Assembly: GCA_045597505.1 (NCBI GenBank)
Contig: JAZLKE010000030.1
Coordinates: 2,042-66,041, forward strand
From: Clostridia bacterium
GTDB taxonomy: Bacteria > Bacillota > Clostridia > Christensenellales > UBA1242
Length of the DNA stretch: 64,000 nucleotides
Reading direction: 5' to 3'
Shown: piece by piece, positions 18,062 to 25,742 of the stretch
Layout of the letters: the number at the start of each line of letters is the position of its first letter
Numbering within the stretch: the stretch's first letter is position 1
The notes under the pieces: model-generated
The model's database searches: none
What the model was told of the DNA's origin: nothing
What the model saw: the letters and a program-made list of their open reading frames with translations, nothing else
Position numbers and translations under genes: made by a program

Positions 18062-19124
18062 TTTAGTGGCAGTTTTGTATTTTGATGATACGCAGGTAGT
18101 GGGTCGCGTGGCGCGTGTAAATTACGGGCAAAATATTACACCGATTACGACCGTGCGTAAAGATTATAGTGGCATTATGGATAACCACTTTAACGACCGT
18201 AACGACTTTACGACGACGGTAAATGCTGTTGTTAAAGAAATGGTGCAAGGTTTAAGTCGTGTACCGCAAATTTTGTATGTGGCGGTGGCTAACCAATTTT
18301 GCCAAGTACAAACACAGACCAGTGAATTGGTATTTGACCACGTAACAAAAATCAATCGTCAACATCTGCAACGTTTATGGGAAGATACGCAGTTTGATAC
18401 TACGAACGTGGAAATTATTCACAAGCAGGCTTTGTATTACAAGTTGGAAGAATACGAAGAGGTTTTGATTGATGTTTTAGGAACTGCGACAATTGGGGTA
18501 ACAATGGTTTCAAGTGCGTTGGCTGTTAATCAAGAATTCCGCTATTTATTCGATTTAGAAGCAATACAACGCGCGGGCTTTTTGAATTACAAATTTGTGT
18601 CGGTGGCGGCGTGCGAATTATTTATGATTCCAGAAAAAGTGCGTGATGCTGGTTGTACGTTGGTGCGCTGTGATTTCTTTTCGACTTCGGTTGCCAATGT
18701 TTTGGGAGACGGTTTGTTACAATTGGCGCATTTTAATTTAGGGTCGGGTTATTTAGTTAGCGAAATTATGGATTATTTCAATTTTGATTACGATACCGCG
18801 GTTAAGTTGTTAGCACAATGTACGCCGACTTTTGAAGTGTTGGTAGAGGAAAAGTATACGGCGAATGGGGTTAGTGTGCCTGCCAGTATTTTGAATAAGT
18901 TGGTTATGGACCGTTTGAATGAATTTGGTAAGCGTTTGAGTAATTTTGAAAACGCGCGAGTAGTTTATTTATCGGGTGGTAACTTTGACCAAATTTATGG
19001 TGCGCGCAATGTGTTTGCCAATATTTGCGATCGCACTATGTTTGCCTGTGAAGATAAATTGACTGGCGAAGTTGCGTATCCAGAAAATACTTTGAATGCG
19101 ATTGTACGTTATGTTTTTTGTTAA
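18051..19124 (+). CDS. Divergent FtsA-like actin-fold protein
   Basis: GTG start overlapping the ftsQ-like 3' end. Length and position fit FtsA, and the C-terminal VVYLSGGNFDQIYG resembles the FtsA adenosine motif. The phosphate-1 DxGT motif is degenerate (LYFDDTQV) and no amphipathic C-terminal helix is obvious. Confidence 0.5.
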   Translation: MKNDLVAVLYFDDTQVVGRVARVNYGQNITPITTVRKDYSGIMDNHFNDRNDFTTTVNAVVKEMVQGLSRVPQILYVAVANQFCQVQTQTSELVFDHVTKINRQHLQRLWEDTQFDTTNVEIIHKQALYYKLEEYEEVLIDVLGTATIGVTMVSSALAVNQEFRYLFDLEAIQRAGFLNYKFVSVAACELFMIPEKVRDAGCTLVRCDFFSTSVANVLGDGLLQLAHFNLGSGYLVSEIMDYFNFDYDTAVKLLAQCTPTFEVLVEEKYTANGVSVPASILNKLVMDRLNEFGKRLSNFENARVVYLSGGNFDQIYGARNVFANICDRTMFACEDKLTGEVAYPENTLNAIVRYVFC

Positions 19125-19161
19125 GGAACACAAGTAACTGTGGCATGCATAAATAAAGGGC

Positions 19162-19422
19162 ATGAGCAATAATTCAATCAATCAACAAATTACCATTCAA
19201 AATACGCGTGCCGATATTATTGGCGAATTGGAAGCAATTATCCAATACGAAAATCATTTAGATGTGACCGAAAATCCGCTGGCGGGAGAAGCTATTCGTG
19301 ATATTGTGCGCGAAGAAAAATTACATGTGGGACAGTTGTTTGGTTTGCTGTTCAAATTGGATCCGGAAAGCAAGAAACAATTTGAATTGGGCTACCATGA
19401 ATTTGTCGAAACGCGTAAATAA
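19162..19422 (+). CDS. Encapsulated-ferritin (EncFtn)-like small ferritin-fold protein
   Basis: 86 aa. GELEAIIQYENH ... REEKLHVGQL matches the E-x-x-x-x-x-x-Y / EEKxH di-iron ligand pattern of EncFtn-type proteins. From memory only. Confidence 0.5.
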   Translation: MSNNSINQQITIQNTRADIIGELEAIIQYENHLDVTENPLAGEAIRDIVREEKLHVGQLFGLLFKLDPESKKQFELGYHEFVETRK

Positions 19423-19492
19423 GGCAATGAAGGTGTTGTGAGGCTGTCAAAATCAAATATTATGATGTTAATTTGTCTATTGTATCTGTTTT

Positions 19493-20119
19493 TTAGTCAA
19501 CGCTGGCAATCGTAAGTATAACAATTTGTTTGGCGCCTGCGTTTCGTAAAGTTGTCGCACATTCGTGTGTGGTTGCGCCAGTTGTGTAGACATCGTCAAG
19601 TAATAAAATTCTTTGACCTTTAATTTTGTCAGCATGCATTTTAGCAACGGTAAATGCTCCTTTTAGGTTGGCGACGCGTTGTGTGTCGGTCATGTGTTTT
19701 TGAATGATGGTTTTCTTGGTGCGGACAAGTGCGTCGGTAACTACTGTAAGATTTAGGTATGTAGCAAGTTCCTTGGCGAGAACTGTGCTTTGATTATATC
19801 CGCGTTCGTTGTAACGACTGCGATGTAGTGGTACGGGAATGATAATCGGTGGTGTGGAAAATTGTTTGGCAATATGTTGCAAATAAACCGCGGCTAAATA
19901 TGGTGTCAAAGCTTTGGCAATGAAGCCGTTGTCGGCGTATTTTAATTTGAGAATCATGGTGCGAATTGGCTCTTCGTAAACGAATGGTGAGTAGTGGTTG
20001 GTTTGAGGTGCGGTAGTAACTGGCAAAGTTGCCATACAATTGGAACATAAGTAAGCGTTGTTAGATGCTTGAATTTCGCAACCGCAAGCCATACAAGTAT
20101 AATTTGGAAACCAATTCAT
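19493..20119 (-). CDS. comF: ComF-family protein (phosphoribosyltransferase domain with N-terminal zinc finger)
   Basis: N-terminal CMACGC...CSNC zinc ribbon and PRTase motif ILLLDDVYTTGATTHEC. Confidence 0.75.
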   Translation of the reverse strand: MNWFPNYTCMACGCEIQASNNAYLCSNCMATLPVTTAPQTNHYSPFVYEEPIRTMILKLKYADNGFIAKALTPYLAAVYLQHIAKQFSTPPIIIPVPLHRSRYNERGYNQSTVLAKELATYLNLTVVTDALVRTKKTIIQKHMTDTQRVANLKGAFTVAKMHADKIKGQRILLLDDVYTTGATTHECATTLRNAGAKQIVILTIASVD

Positions 20120-20152
20120 GCGTTAGTATACAACGGAATATCAGGTGGTCAA
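20120..20152 (-). promoter_or_regulatory. Predicted sigma-70 promoter of comF (leaderless)
   Basis: On the minus strand: TTGACC (20152..20147), 16 nt spacer, TATACT (20130..20125), 5 nt, ATG (20119). Confidence 0.55.
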
Positions 20153-20180
20153 AACGGCTTTTATATGTTATTATGCCGTA
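20146..20180 (+). promoter_or_regulatory. Predicted sigma-70 promoter of the rrf2-nifS-nifU operon (leaderless)
   Basis: TGGTCA (20146..20151), 17 nt spacer, TATTAT (20169..20174), 6 nt, ATG 20181. Its -35 occupies the same base pairs as the comF -35 on the other strand. Confidence 0.5.
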
Positions 20181-20576
20181 ATGAAAATCTCAACTAAGGG
20201 ACGTTATGCTTTGCAAGTGATGGTGGAATTCGCCGTACATGACGGAGAAGTTTTGTCTTTGAAATCCGTGGCGGAAGCGCAGGGAATTTCTTTGAAGTAT
20301 TTGGAACAGATTGTCCAGATGTTGGTTAAAGATAATTTATTGTTAAGTTTCCGCGGTGCGAACGGTGGTTATAAATTAGCAAAGAAACCGTCCGAAACAA
20401 CTGTGGCAGAAATTTTGAACGCAACCGAAGGCAGTCTGGCGGTGGTAAATTGCATGGACCACCCAGACTGTGGACATCAGTGCCATTGTCGAGTACGTAA
20501 ATGTTGGGACAAATTGAACTGTTTGATTGATGACTATTTACAGAGTGTTTCTTTGGCGACGCTTTTGGCGGAATGA
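20181..20576 (+). CDS. Rrf2-family transcriptional regulator (IscR/CymR-like)
   Basis: MKISTKGRYALQVM N-terminus with wHTH. A Cys cluster CMDHPDCGHQCHC suggests Fe-S binding. Lies upstream of nifS/nifU. Confidence 0.85.
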   Translation: MKISTKGRYALQVMVEFAVHDGEVLSLKSVAEAQGISLKYLEQIVQMLVKDNLLLSFRGANGGYKLAKKPSETTVAEILNATEGSLAVVNCMDHPDCGHQCHCRVRKCWDKLNCLIDDYLQSVSLATLLAE

Positions 20577-20653
20577 ATTTCTACTTTACAAGTAGGAATT
20601 GTTTTGGTATAGTATTTCATACTGAAAAGATAGGAAATAGCAAAGTGCAAAAA

Positions 20654-21838
20654 ATGATTTATTTAGATAATGCTGGTACAACCAAAGTCAGTGAAAAGGT
20701 GAAACAGGCTATGTTGCCTTTTTTTGACGAAGTTTACGGCAATGCATCAAGTTTGTACACTTTTGGTCAACGCGCAAAAGAACAATTGGAAAATGCGCGT
20801 GCTATGGTGGCAAAATGTTTGAACGCGCAACCACGCGAAATTTATTTTACTTCGGGTGGCAGTGAAAGTGATAACTGGGCGATTAATGTTGCCGCGCAAA
20901 TTGGTGCGCGCCAAAATAAGAAGCACATTATTACGACGGCGTTTGAACATCATGCGGTGTTACATACTTTGAAAAAACTGGAAAGTCAGGGGTTTGAAGT
21001 AACATATTTACCAGTACATGAAAACGGTATTGTGCGTTTGGACGATTTGAAAAAAGCCATGCGTTTGGATACTTGCTTGGTTACGATTATGTTTGCGAAC
21101 AATGAAATTGGTACTATTCAACCGATTGCTGAAATTGGTAAATTGTGCCGAGAGAAAAAAGTTTTGTTTCATACTGACGCGGTGCAAGCGACTGGGCACG
21201 TAGCAATTGATGTTGTTGCAATGAATATTGACATGTTAAGTATGTCCAGTCATAAATTCCACGGACCAAAAGGCGTAGGTGCTTTGTACGTGCGCCAAGG
21301 AATTGCGTTAACCAATTTAATTGAAGGTGGTGCGCAAGAACGCGGTAAACGTGCAGGTACAGAAAATTTGGCGGGGATTTATGGCATGGCGGTGGCTTTA
21401 CAAGATGCGGTTGCCGAAATGAAACAGGTGGCGGCACGTGAAACTAAGTTGCGTGATAAATTGTTTGCAGAGTTAAGTAAAATTCCACACAGCGCAATTA
21501 ATGGCGATATTAAACATCGTTTGCCTAATAATTTCAATATGTGCTTTGAAGGAATTGAAGGCGAAAGCTTATTGTTATTGCTTGATGATGCGGGGGTTTG
21601 TGCTTCGTCTGGTAGTGCGTGTACTTCGGGTTCTTTGGACCCGTCACATGTGTTGTTGGCGATTGGGCGACCGCATGAAGTGGCACACGGTTCGTTGCGT
21701 TTAACTTTGAGTAAATATACAACCGAAGATGAAATTGATTGCGTGATTAAAAAAGTTCCAGAGATTGTGGACTATTTACGCAAGATGTCACCAGTTTGGG
21801 ACGAATTACAAAAAGGAGAGAGAAAATATGCTTTATAG
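20654..21838 (+). CDS. nifS: Cysteine desulfurase (NifS/IscS type)
   Basis: MIYLDNAGTT start (ORF-track start trimmed), PLP-lysine motif SMSSHKFHGPKG, active-site loop SSGSACTSG. Confidence 0.9.
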   Translation: MIYLDNAGTTKVSEKVKQAMLPFFDEVYGNASSLYTFGQRAKEQLENARAMVAKCLNAQPREIYFTSGGSESDNWAINVAAQIGARQNKKHIITTAFEHHAVLHTLKKLESQGFEVTYLPVHENGIVRLDDLKKAMRLDTCLVTIMFANNEIGTIQPIAEIGKLCREKKVLFHTDAVQATGHVAIDVVAMNIDMLSMSSHKFHGPKGVGALYVRQGIALTNLIEGGAQERGKRAGTENLAGIYGMAVALQDAVAEMKQVAARETKLRDKLFAELSKIPHSAINGDIKHRLPNNFNMCFEGIEGESLLLLLDDAGVCASSGSACTSGSLDPSHVLLAIGRPHEVAHGSLRLTLSKYTTEDEIDCVIKKVPEIVDYLRKMSPVWDELQKGERKYAL

Positions 21839-22274
21839 TGAAAAAGTGATGGACCATTTCCGTAACCCGCGTAATGTGGGTGAAATTCCAGATGCGGACG
21901 GGATTGGCGAAGTTGGTAATGCTAAGTGTGGTGACATTATGCGTATGTACATTAAGGTCAAAGATAACATTATTACCGACGTAAAATTTATGACTTTTGG
22001 TTGCGGTAGTGCGATTGCAACCAGTTCGATGGCGACCGAATTGATTAAGGGTAAATCTTTGGATGAAGCGCTGACTTTAACGAATAAGGCCGTTGTAGAG
22101 GCGTTAGACGGGTTGCCTGCGTATAAGTTGCATTGTTCGGTGCTGGCGGAAGAAGCCGTGAAAGCCGCAATTAAAGACTACTATGACAAGCACAATATCG
22201 CCTATGATGAAGAACAATATTGTTCGGGTAATTGCGCGTGTTGTCATATGCACGACGTCCACGAAGAAAACTGA
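21828..22274 (+). CDS. nifU: Fe-S cluster assembly scaffold NifU/IscU
   Basis: MLYSEKVMDHFRNPRNVG, GNAKCGD, FGCGSAIA, LHCSVLAEEA (three scaffold Cys). Unusual Cys/His-rich C-terminal tail CSGNCACCHMHDVH. Confidence 0.9.
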   Translation: MLYSEKVMDHFRNPRNVGEIPDADGIGEVGNAKCGDIMRMYIKVKDNIITDVKFMTFGCGSAIATSSMATELIKGKSLDEALTLTNKAVVEALDGLPAYKLHCSVLAEEAVKAAIKDYYDKHNIAYDEEQYCSGNCACCHMHDVHEEN

Positions 22275-22295
22275 TTGTGAAAAATTTAACAGGAA

Positions 22296-22320
22296 GCCTG
22301 ACACGTGTCGGGCTTTTTTG
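22296..22320 (+). terminator. Rho-independent terminator after nifU
   Basis: Stem GCCTGAC / GTCGGGC with loop ACGT, followed by TTTTTT (22314..22319). Confidence 0.7.
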
Positions 22321-22365
22321 TTTGTGGAACTTGAAATTTATGGTATCCCTAGCAAAGGAGAACAT

Positions 22366-22608
22366 ATGGAAATTTTACTTTCGACCAATAACAAATCAAA
22401 GGTTAATTTTATTAAACAAGCTGCCGCTGGTTTGGGTTTGGAGTTTAGGATTTTGAAAGATTTGGGATTAAAACTTGAAGTTGAAGAAACTGGTAAGATC
22501 GCGGTTGAGAATGCGATGATAAAAGCGCGTGCTTTAAGTGTTGACAGCGGAATGCTGACTTTGGGTTGGGATATGGGTATGCGGATTGATGCGTTGCCAG
22601 AAAAATAG
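22366..22608 (+). pseudogene. Truncated remnant of a non-canonical purine NTP pyrophosphatase (RdgB/HAM1 family), N-terminal ~40% only
   Basis: SD AAAGGAG before ATG 22366. ILLSTNNKSK, EVEETGKIAVENAMIKA and DSG match the RdgB N-terminal motifs. It stops after 80 codons, and only ~90 nt remain before the next terminator, so the C-terminal half is absent in all frames. Confidence 0.5.
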
Positions 22609-22697
22609 TGTCACGCAAGCATAAGGTTTGCGAAGAAAAGGGACGTGTTGACTTAATGGAACAAAAATCCGCCACTTCAAAAACAATGTAACAAAAC

Positions 22698-22722
22698 AGC
22701 CCGCAAACGCGGGCTTGTTTTT
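22698..22722. terminator. Bidirectional terminator shared by the + strand remnant gene and the - strand tRNA
   Basis: Stem AGCCCGC / GCGGGCT with loop AAAC. TTGTTTTT follows on the + strand and TGTTTTGT on the - strand. Confidence 0.75.
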
Positions 22723-22796
22723 GGTAGTCCGAATGGGAATCGAACCCATCATTACGCCGTGAGAGGGCGTCGTCTTAACCGCTTGACCATCGGACC
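22722..22796 (-). tRNA. tRNA-Glu (anticodon CUC)
   Basis: Hand-folded 75-nt cloverleaf: acceptor GGTCCGA/TCGGACT (G1-U72 wobble), anticodon stem ACGCC/GGCGT, loop CTCTCAC, T arm ATGGG-TTCGATT-CCCAT, encoded CCA. Confidence 0.9.
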
Positions 22797-22840
22797 TTAA
22801 TTTACAGTTGAATTATACGCGAAAAAGCGTTATCATGCAA
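22797..22840 (-). promoter_or_regulatory. Predicted strong sigma-70 promoter of tRNA-Glu
   Basis: On the minus strand: TTGCAT (22840..22835), 17 nt spacer, TATAAT (22817..22812), about 15 nt before the mature 5' end. Confidence 0.65.
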
Positions 22841-22841
22841 T
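22808..22841 (+). promoter_or_regulatory. Predicted sigma-70 promoter of rimO (leaderless)
   Basis: TTGAAT (22808..22813), 17 nt spacer, TATCAT (22831..22836), 5 nt, ATG 22842. Interdigitated with the tRNA promoter on the opposite strand. Confidence 0.55.
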
Positions 22842-24080
22842 ATGAATTTATTACCAAAGAAAGTTTGTATTACGACCTTGGGGTGCGATAAGAACCGTGC
22901 GGACAGTGAGGTTCTGGCGGGGTATTTACAACGTGCGGGTTGTATTATGGTTGACAATGATACCGAGGCTGACATCATGATTGTTAACACTTGTGGATTC
23001 ATTAACAGTGCGCGCGAAGAAAGTATCAAAGCGATTATGGCAAAGTTGCCACACAAGTCGCACGCTAAGTTGGTGGTCTGTGGTTGTATTGTTCCAAATA
23101 ATAAAACCGAATTGATTGAAAGTTTGCCCGAAGTTAACTTGTGGTGGGGAACTAAGGATTATGAAAAATTGGCGGAAGAACTGACCAGAAAAAAGGCAAT
23201 TAAAGGCGAAAAATTGTTATCAACACCGTCCAGCTATGTTTATATTAAAATTGCCGAAGGTTGCAATCGCCGATGTGCTTTTTGTACAATTCCTCTAATT
23301 CGTGGTTGTTATGTATCGCGCCCACTTGATGATATTGTAGCTGAAGTTCGACACTTTGCGAATTTAGGTGTGCCAGAATATATTTTGGTGGCGCAAGATG
23401 TGACTATGTATGGTTTTGATATTCAAACTAATTTGGTGGAATTGTTACGTGCGATTACGTCGATTGATGGTGTTAAACGTGTGCGTTTGCATTATTGTTA
23501 TCCAGAGTTATTGACGGATAGTTTATTAAATGAAATCGCGACCAATAGTCGAATTGTAAAATACTTGGATATTCCATTCCAACATTGCAATGCGCGAATT
23601 TTGAAACTAATGGGTCGCCGTGGCGATGCTGAAACTTACAGTGCGTTAATCGAAAAAATTAGAACTATGATTCCTGGGGTAACTTTGCGGGCGACGATGA
23701 TGGTTGGTTTCCCGACCGAGACCGAAGCGGAATTTAACGAGTTGTTGGATTTCTTGCGCAAAGTGAGATTGGACTATGTTGGTTTCTTCGCGTATTCGCG
23801 CGAAAAAGGTACAACCGCTTACGTGATGGAACAAGTAAATGCTGCGGTAAAGAAAGCACGCTTACGGGCGGCGGAACGGGTACAACAAGTTATCTTGGAT
23901 ACTAAGCTTGCCAGCGAACGCGGACAAATTGTTCATGTGGTTTGTGATTCGGTGGTTGATGGTGTGGCGCGTTGTCGTACAGCGGCACAAAGTCCCGAGG
24001 TTGACCCATGTATTTATGTTGATCAAGATGACGTCAATGAACCGTTAATAGTTGGCCATGAATATGATATTCGTTTGTGA
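22842..24080 (+). CDS. rimO: Ribosomal protein S12 methylthiotransferase RimO (radical SAM MTTase)
   Basis: N-terminal UPF0004 LGCDKNRADSE...NTCGF, radical-SAM CNRRCAFCTIP, C-terminal TRAM-like domain. Confidence 0.85.
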   Translation: MNLLPKKVCITTLGCDKNRADSEVLAGYLQRAGCIMVDNDTEADIMIVNTCGFINSAREESIKAIMAKLPHKSHAKLVVCGCIVPNNKTELIESLPEVNLWWGTKDYEKLAEELTRKKAIKGEKLLSTPSSYVYIKIAEGCNRRCAFCTIPLIRGCYVSRPLDDIVAEVRHFANLGVPEYILVAQDVTMYGFDIQTNLVELLRAITSIDGVKRVRLHYCYPELLTDSLLNEIATNSRIVKYLDIPFQHCNARILKLMGRRGDAETYSALIEKIRTMIPGVTLRATMMVGFPTETEAEFNELLDFLRKVRLDYVGFFAYSREKGTTAYVMEQVNAAVKKARLRAAERVQQVILDTKLASERGQIVHVVCDSVVDGVARCRTAAQSPEVDPCIYVDQDDVNEPLIVGHEYDIRL

Positions 24081-24108
24081 GTTGTACTTGCGTGGACGAG
24101 CGAAAATG

Positions 24109-24123
24109 TGGTTTAATTGAGAT
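24109..24123 (+). promoter_or_regulatory. Predicted extended -10 promoter of rarA (leaderless)
   Basis: TGgTTTAAT (24109..24117), 6 nt, ATG 24124. No SD and no good -35. Confidence 0.4.
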
Positions 24124-25362
24124 ATGGAAACTTTGTTTGATAATTTACATCAAACGCGAAAACCGTTGGCTGAACGTATGCGCCCACAGGTTTTGAATGA
24201 ATTTGTGGGACAACAGCATTTATTAGCCGAAGGAAAATTATTGCGTCGTTTAATTAAAGCGGGTCGTGTGCCGAGTGTAATTTTCTTTGGACCACCTGGA
24301 ACTGGTAAGACAACTTTGGCGCAAATTATTGCTGACAGCAGTAACGCTAAGTTTGTTAAAATTAATGCGGTATCTACGGGTGTTGCCGAAGTTAAAACGG
24401 TGATGCAACAAGCTAAAGCTGATTTTGAAATTAGTGGTAAAAAAACTTATTTATTGTTAGATGAATGTCATCGTTGGAACAAAGCGCAAAGCGATTCGCT
24501 GTTAGGCGCCTTGGAAGCTGGTTATTTGCTCTTGATTGGTTGTACAACTGAAAATCCGAGTTTCAGTATGACGCGGGCAATTGTGTCGCGCTGTACGGTG
24601 TTTGAGTTCAAACGTTTGAATGAGGACGATATTAAAAGCGTGTTAAAACGGGCTTTGAACGCGCCACAAGGTTTGCGGGATTATCGCATGCAGGTAGATG
24701 ATGCGGCGCTTAATTATTTTGCCAAAGCGTGTGGTGGCGATGTGCGTAGTGCTTTGAATGGTTTGGAATTATGCGCGATTACTAGTCAACCAAACAAGGA
24801 CGGAATCATTGTTGTTGACCAAAATGTGGCTGCCGAATGTTTACAACAAAAAGCTTTGAATTTGGACGAAACTTTGTATTATCATATTCTGAGTGCGTTC
24901 TGTAAGAGTTTGCGTGGTAGTGATGCTACCGCCGCTTTGTATTATGCTAATCGGTTAATCGCGGCTGGTATGCAACCACAAATCATTGCGCGTCGTTTAA
25001 TTGCACACGCCAGTGAAGATGTTGGTTTGGCTGACCCGCAAGCTATGGTACAAGCTTGTTCGGCTTTGTACGCTTTGGATAACTTGGGAATGCCAGAAGG
25101 AAATTTAGCGTTGACCCAAGCGATTGTTTATGTTTGTCAAGCACCCAAAGATAACCGCGTGGTCGTAGCAATGGACCGCGCAATTGATGATGCTTTGAAT
25201 CATGCCGATGACCGAATTCCTGAATATTTGAAAAACCATACTGCGGCCAGCAAGTTTTACAAATATCCGCACGACTTCGGTGGCTACGTGGAGCAGCAAT
25301 ATTTGCCAGACAGTTTGAAAGACCGTGTATACTTCGACGAAAAGAAAAAGAAAGATAAGTAA
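24124..25362 (+). CDS. rarA: Replication-associated recombination protein A (AAA+ ATPase RarA/MgsA)
   Basis: LAERMRPQVLNEFVGQQHLL, Walker A GPPGTGKTTLA, LLDECHRWNKAQ, MgsA C-terminal domain. Confidence 0.9.
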   Translation: METLFDNLHQTRKPLAERMRPQVLNEFVGQQHLLAEGKLLRRLIKAGRVPSVIFFGPPGTGKTTLAQIIADSSNAKFVKINAVSTGVAEVKTVMQQAKADFEISGKKTYLLLDECHRWNKAQSDSLLGALEAGYLLLIGCTTENPSFSMTRAIVSRCTVFEFKRLNEDDIKSVLKRALNAPQGLRDYRMQVDDAALNYFAKACGGDVRSALNGLELCAITSQPNKDGIIVVDQNVAAECLQQKALNLDETLYYHILSAFCKSLRGSDATAALYYANRLIAAGMQPQIIARRLIAHASEDVGLADPQAMVQACSALYALDNLGMPEGNLALTQAIVYVCQAPKDNRVVVAMDRAIDDALNHADDRIPEYLKNHTAASKFYKYPHDFGGYVEQQYLPDSLKDRVYFDEKKKKDK

Positions 25363-25655
25363 TGGCTACGGCGAAGAGTTATTGTGAGTTTGTGGTGGAA
25401 CAGTTGCGTGAGACGGGTAAAATCAGCTGTCGACCGATGATGGGTGAATATATGCTTTATTGTAATAGCGTGCTGTTTGGTGGAGTTTATGATAACCGCT
25501 TGTTGATTAAGAGAACCACAGGCAATGCTAAATTTGATTTACCCGAAGTTATTCCTTATCCGCATGCTAAACCAATGCATCATATTGAAGACGTAGAGGA
25601 CTGTAATTTGTTAGTAGAGATTGTTACAACTACAGTTGCTGATTTAAGAAGTTAG
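25362..25655 (+). CDS. TfoX N-terminal domain protein
   Basis: 97 aa. The pattern ISCRPMMGEYMLYCNSVLFGGVYDNRLLIK resembles the TfoX_N fold (r.MFGg..ly..g..fa.i.d..l.lK). Start overlaps the rarA stop. Confidence 0.6.
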   Translation: MATAKSYCEFVVEQLRETGKISCRPMMGEYMLYCNSVLFGGVYDNRLLIKRTTGNAKFDLPEVIPYPHAKPMHHIEDVEDCNLLVEIVTTTVADLRS

Positions 25656-25695
25656 TCGTTGTATAAGGTAATTAAGTGTTGAGAAAGTAAAACAG

Positions 25696-25721
25696 AATGT
25701 CCGTCATAACGGACATTTTTA
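25696..25721 (+). terminator. Rho-independent terminator after the rarA/tfoX-like unit
   Basis: Stem AATGTCCGT / ACGGACATT with a short loop, followed by TTTTT. Confidence 0.75.
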
Positions 25722-25742
25722 TTGTGAAAAATCGTTGGTATC

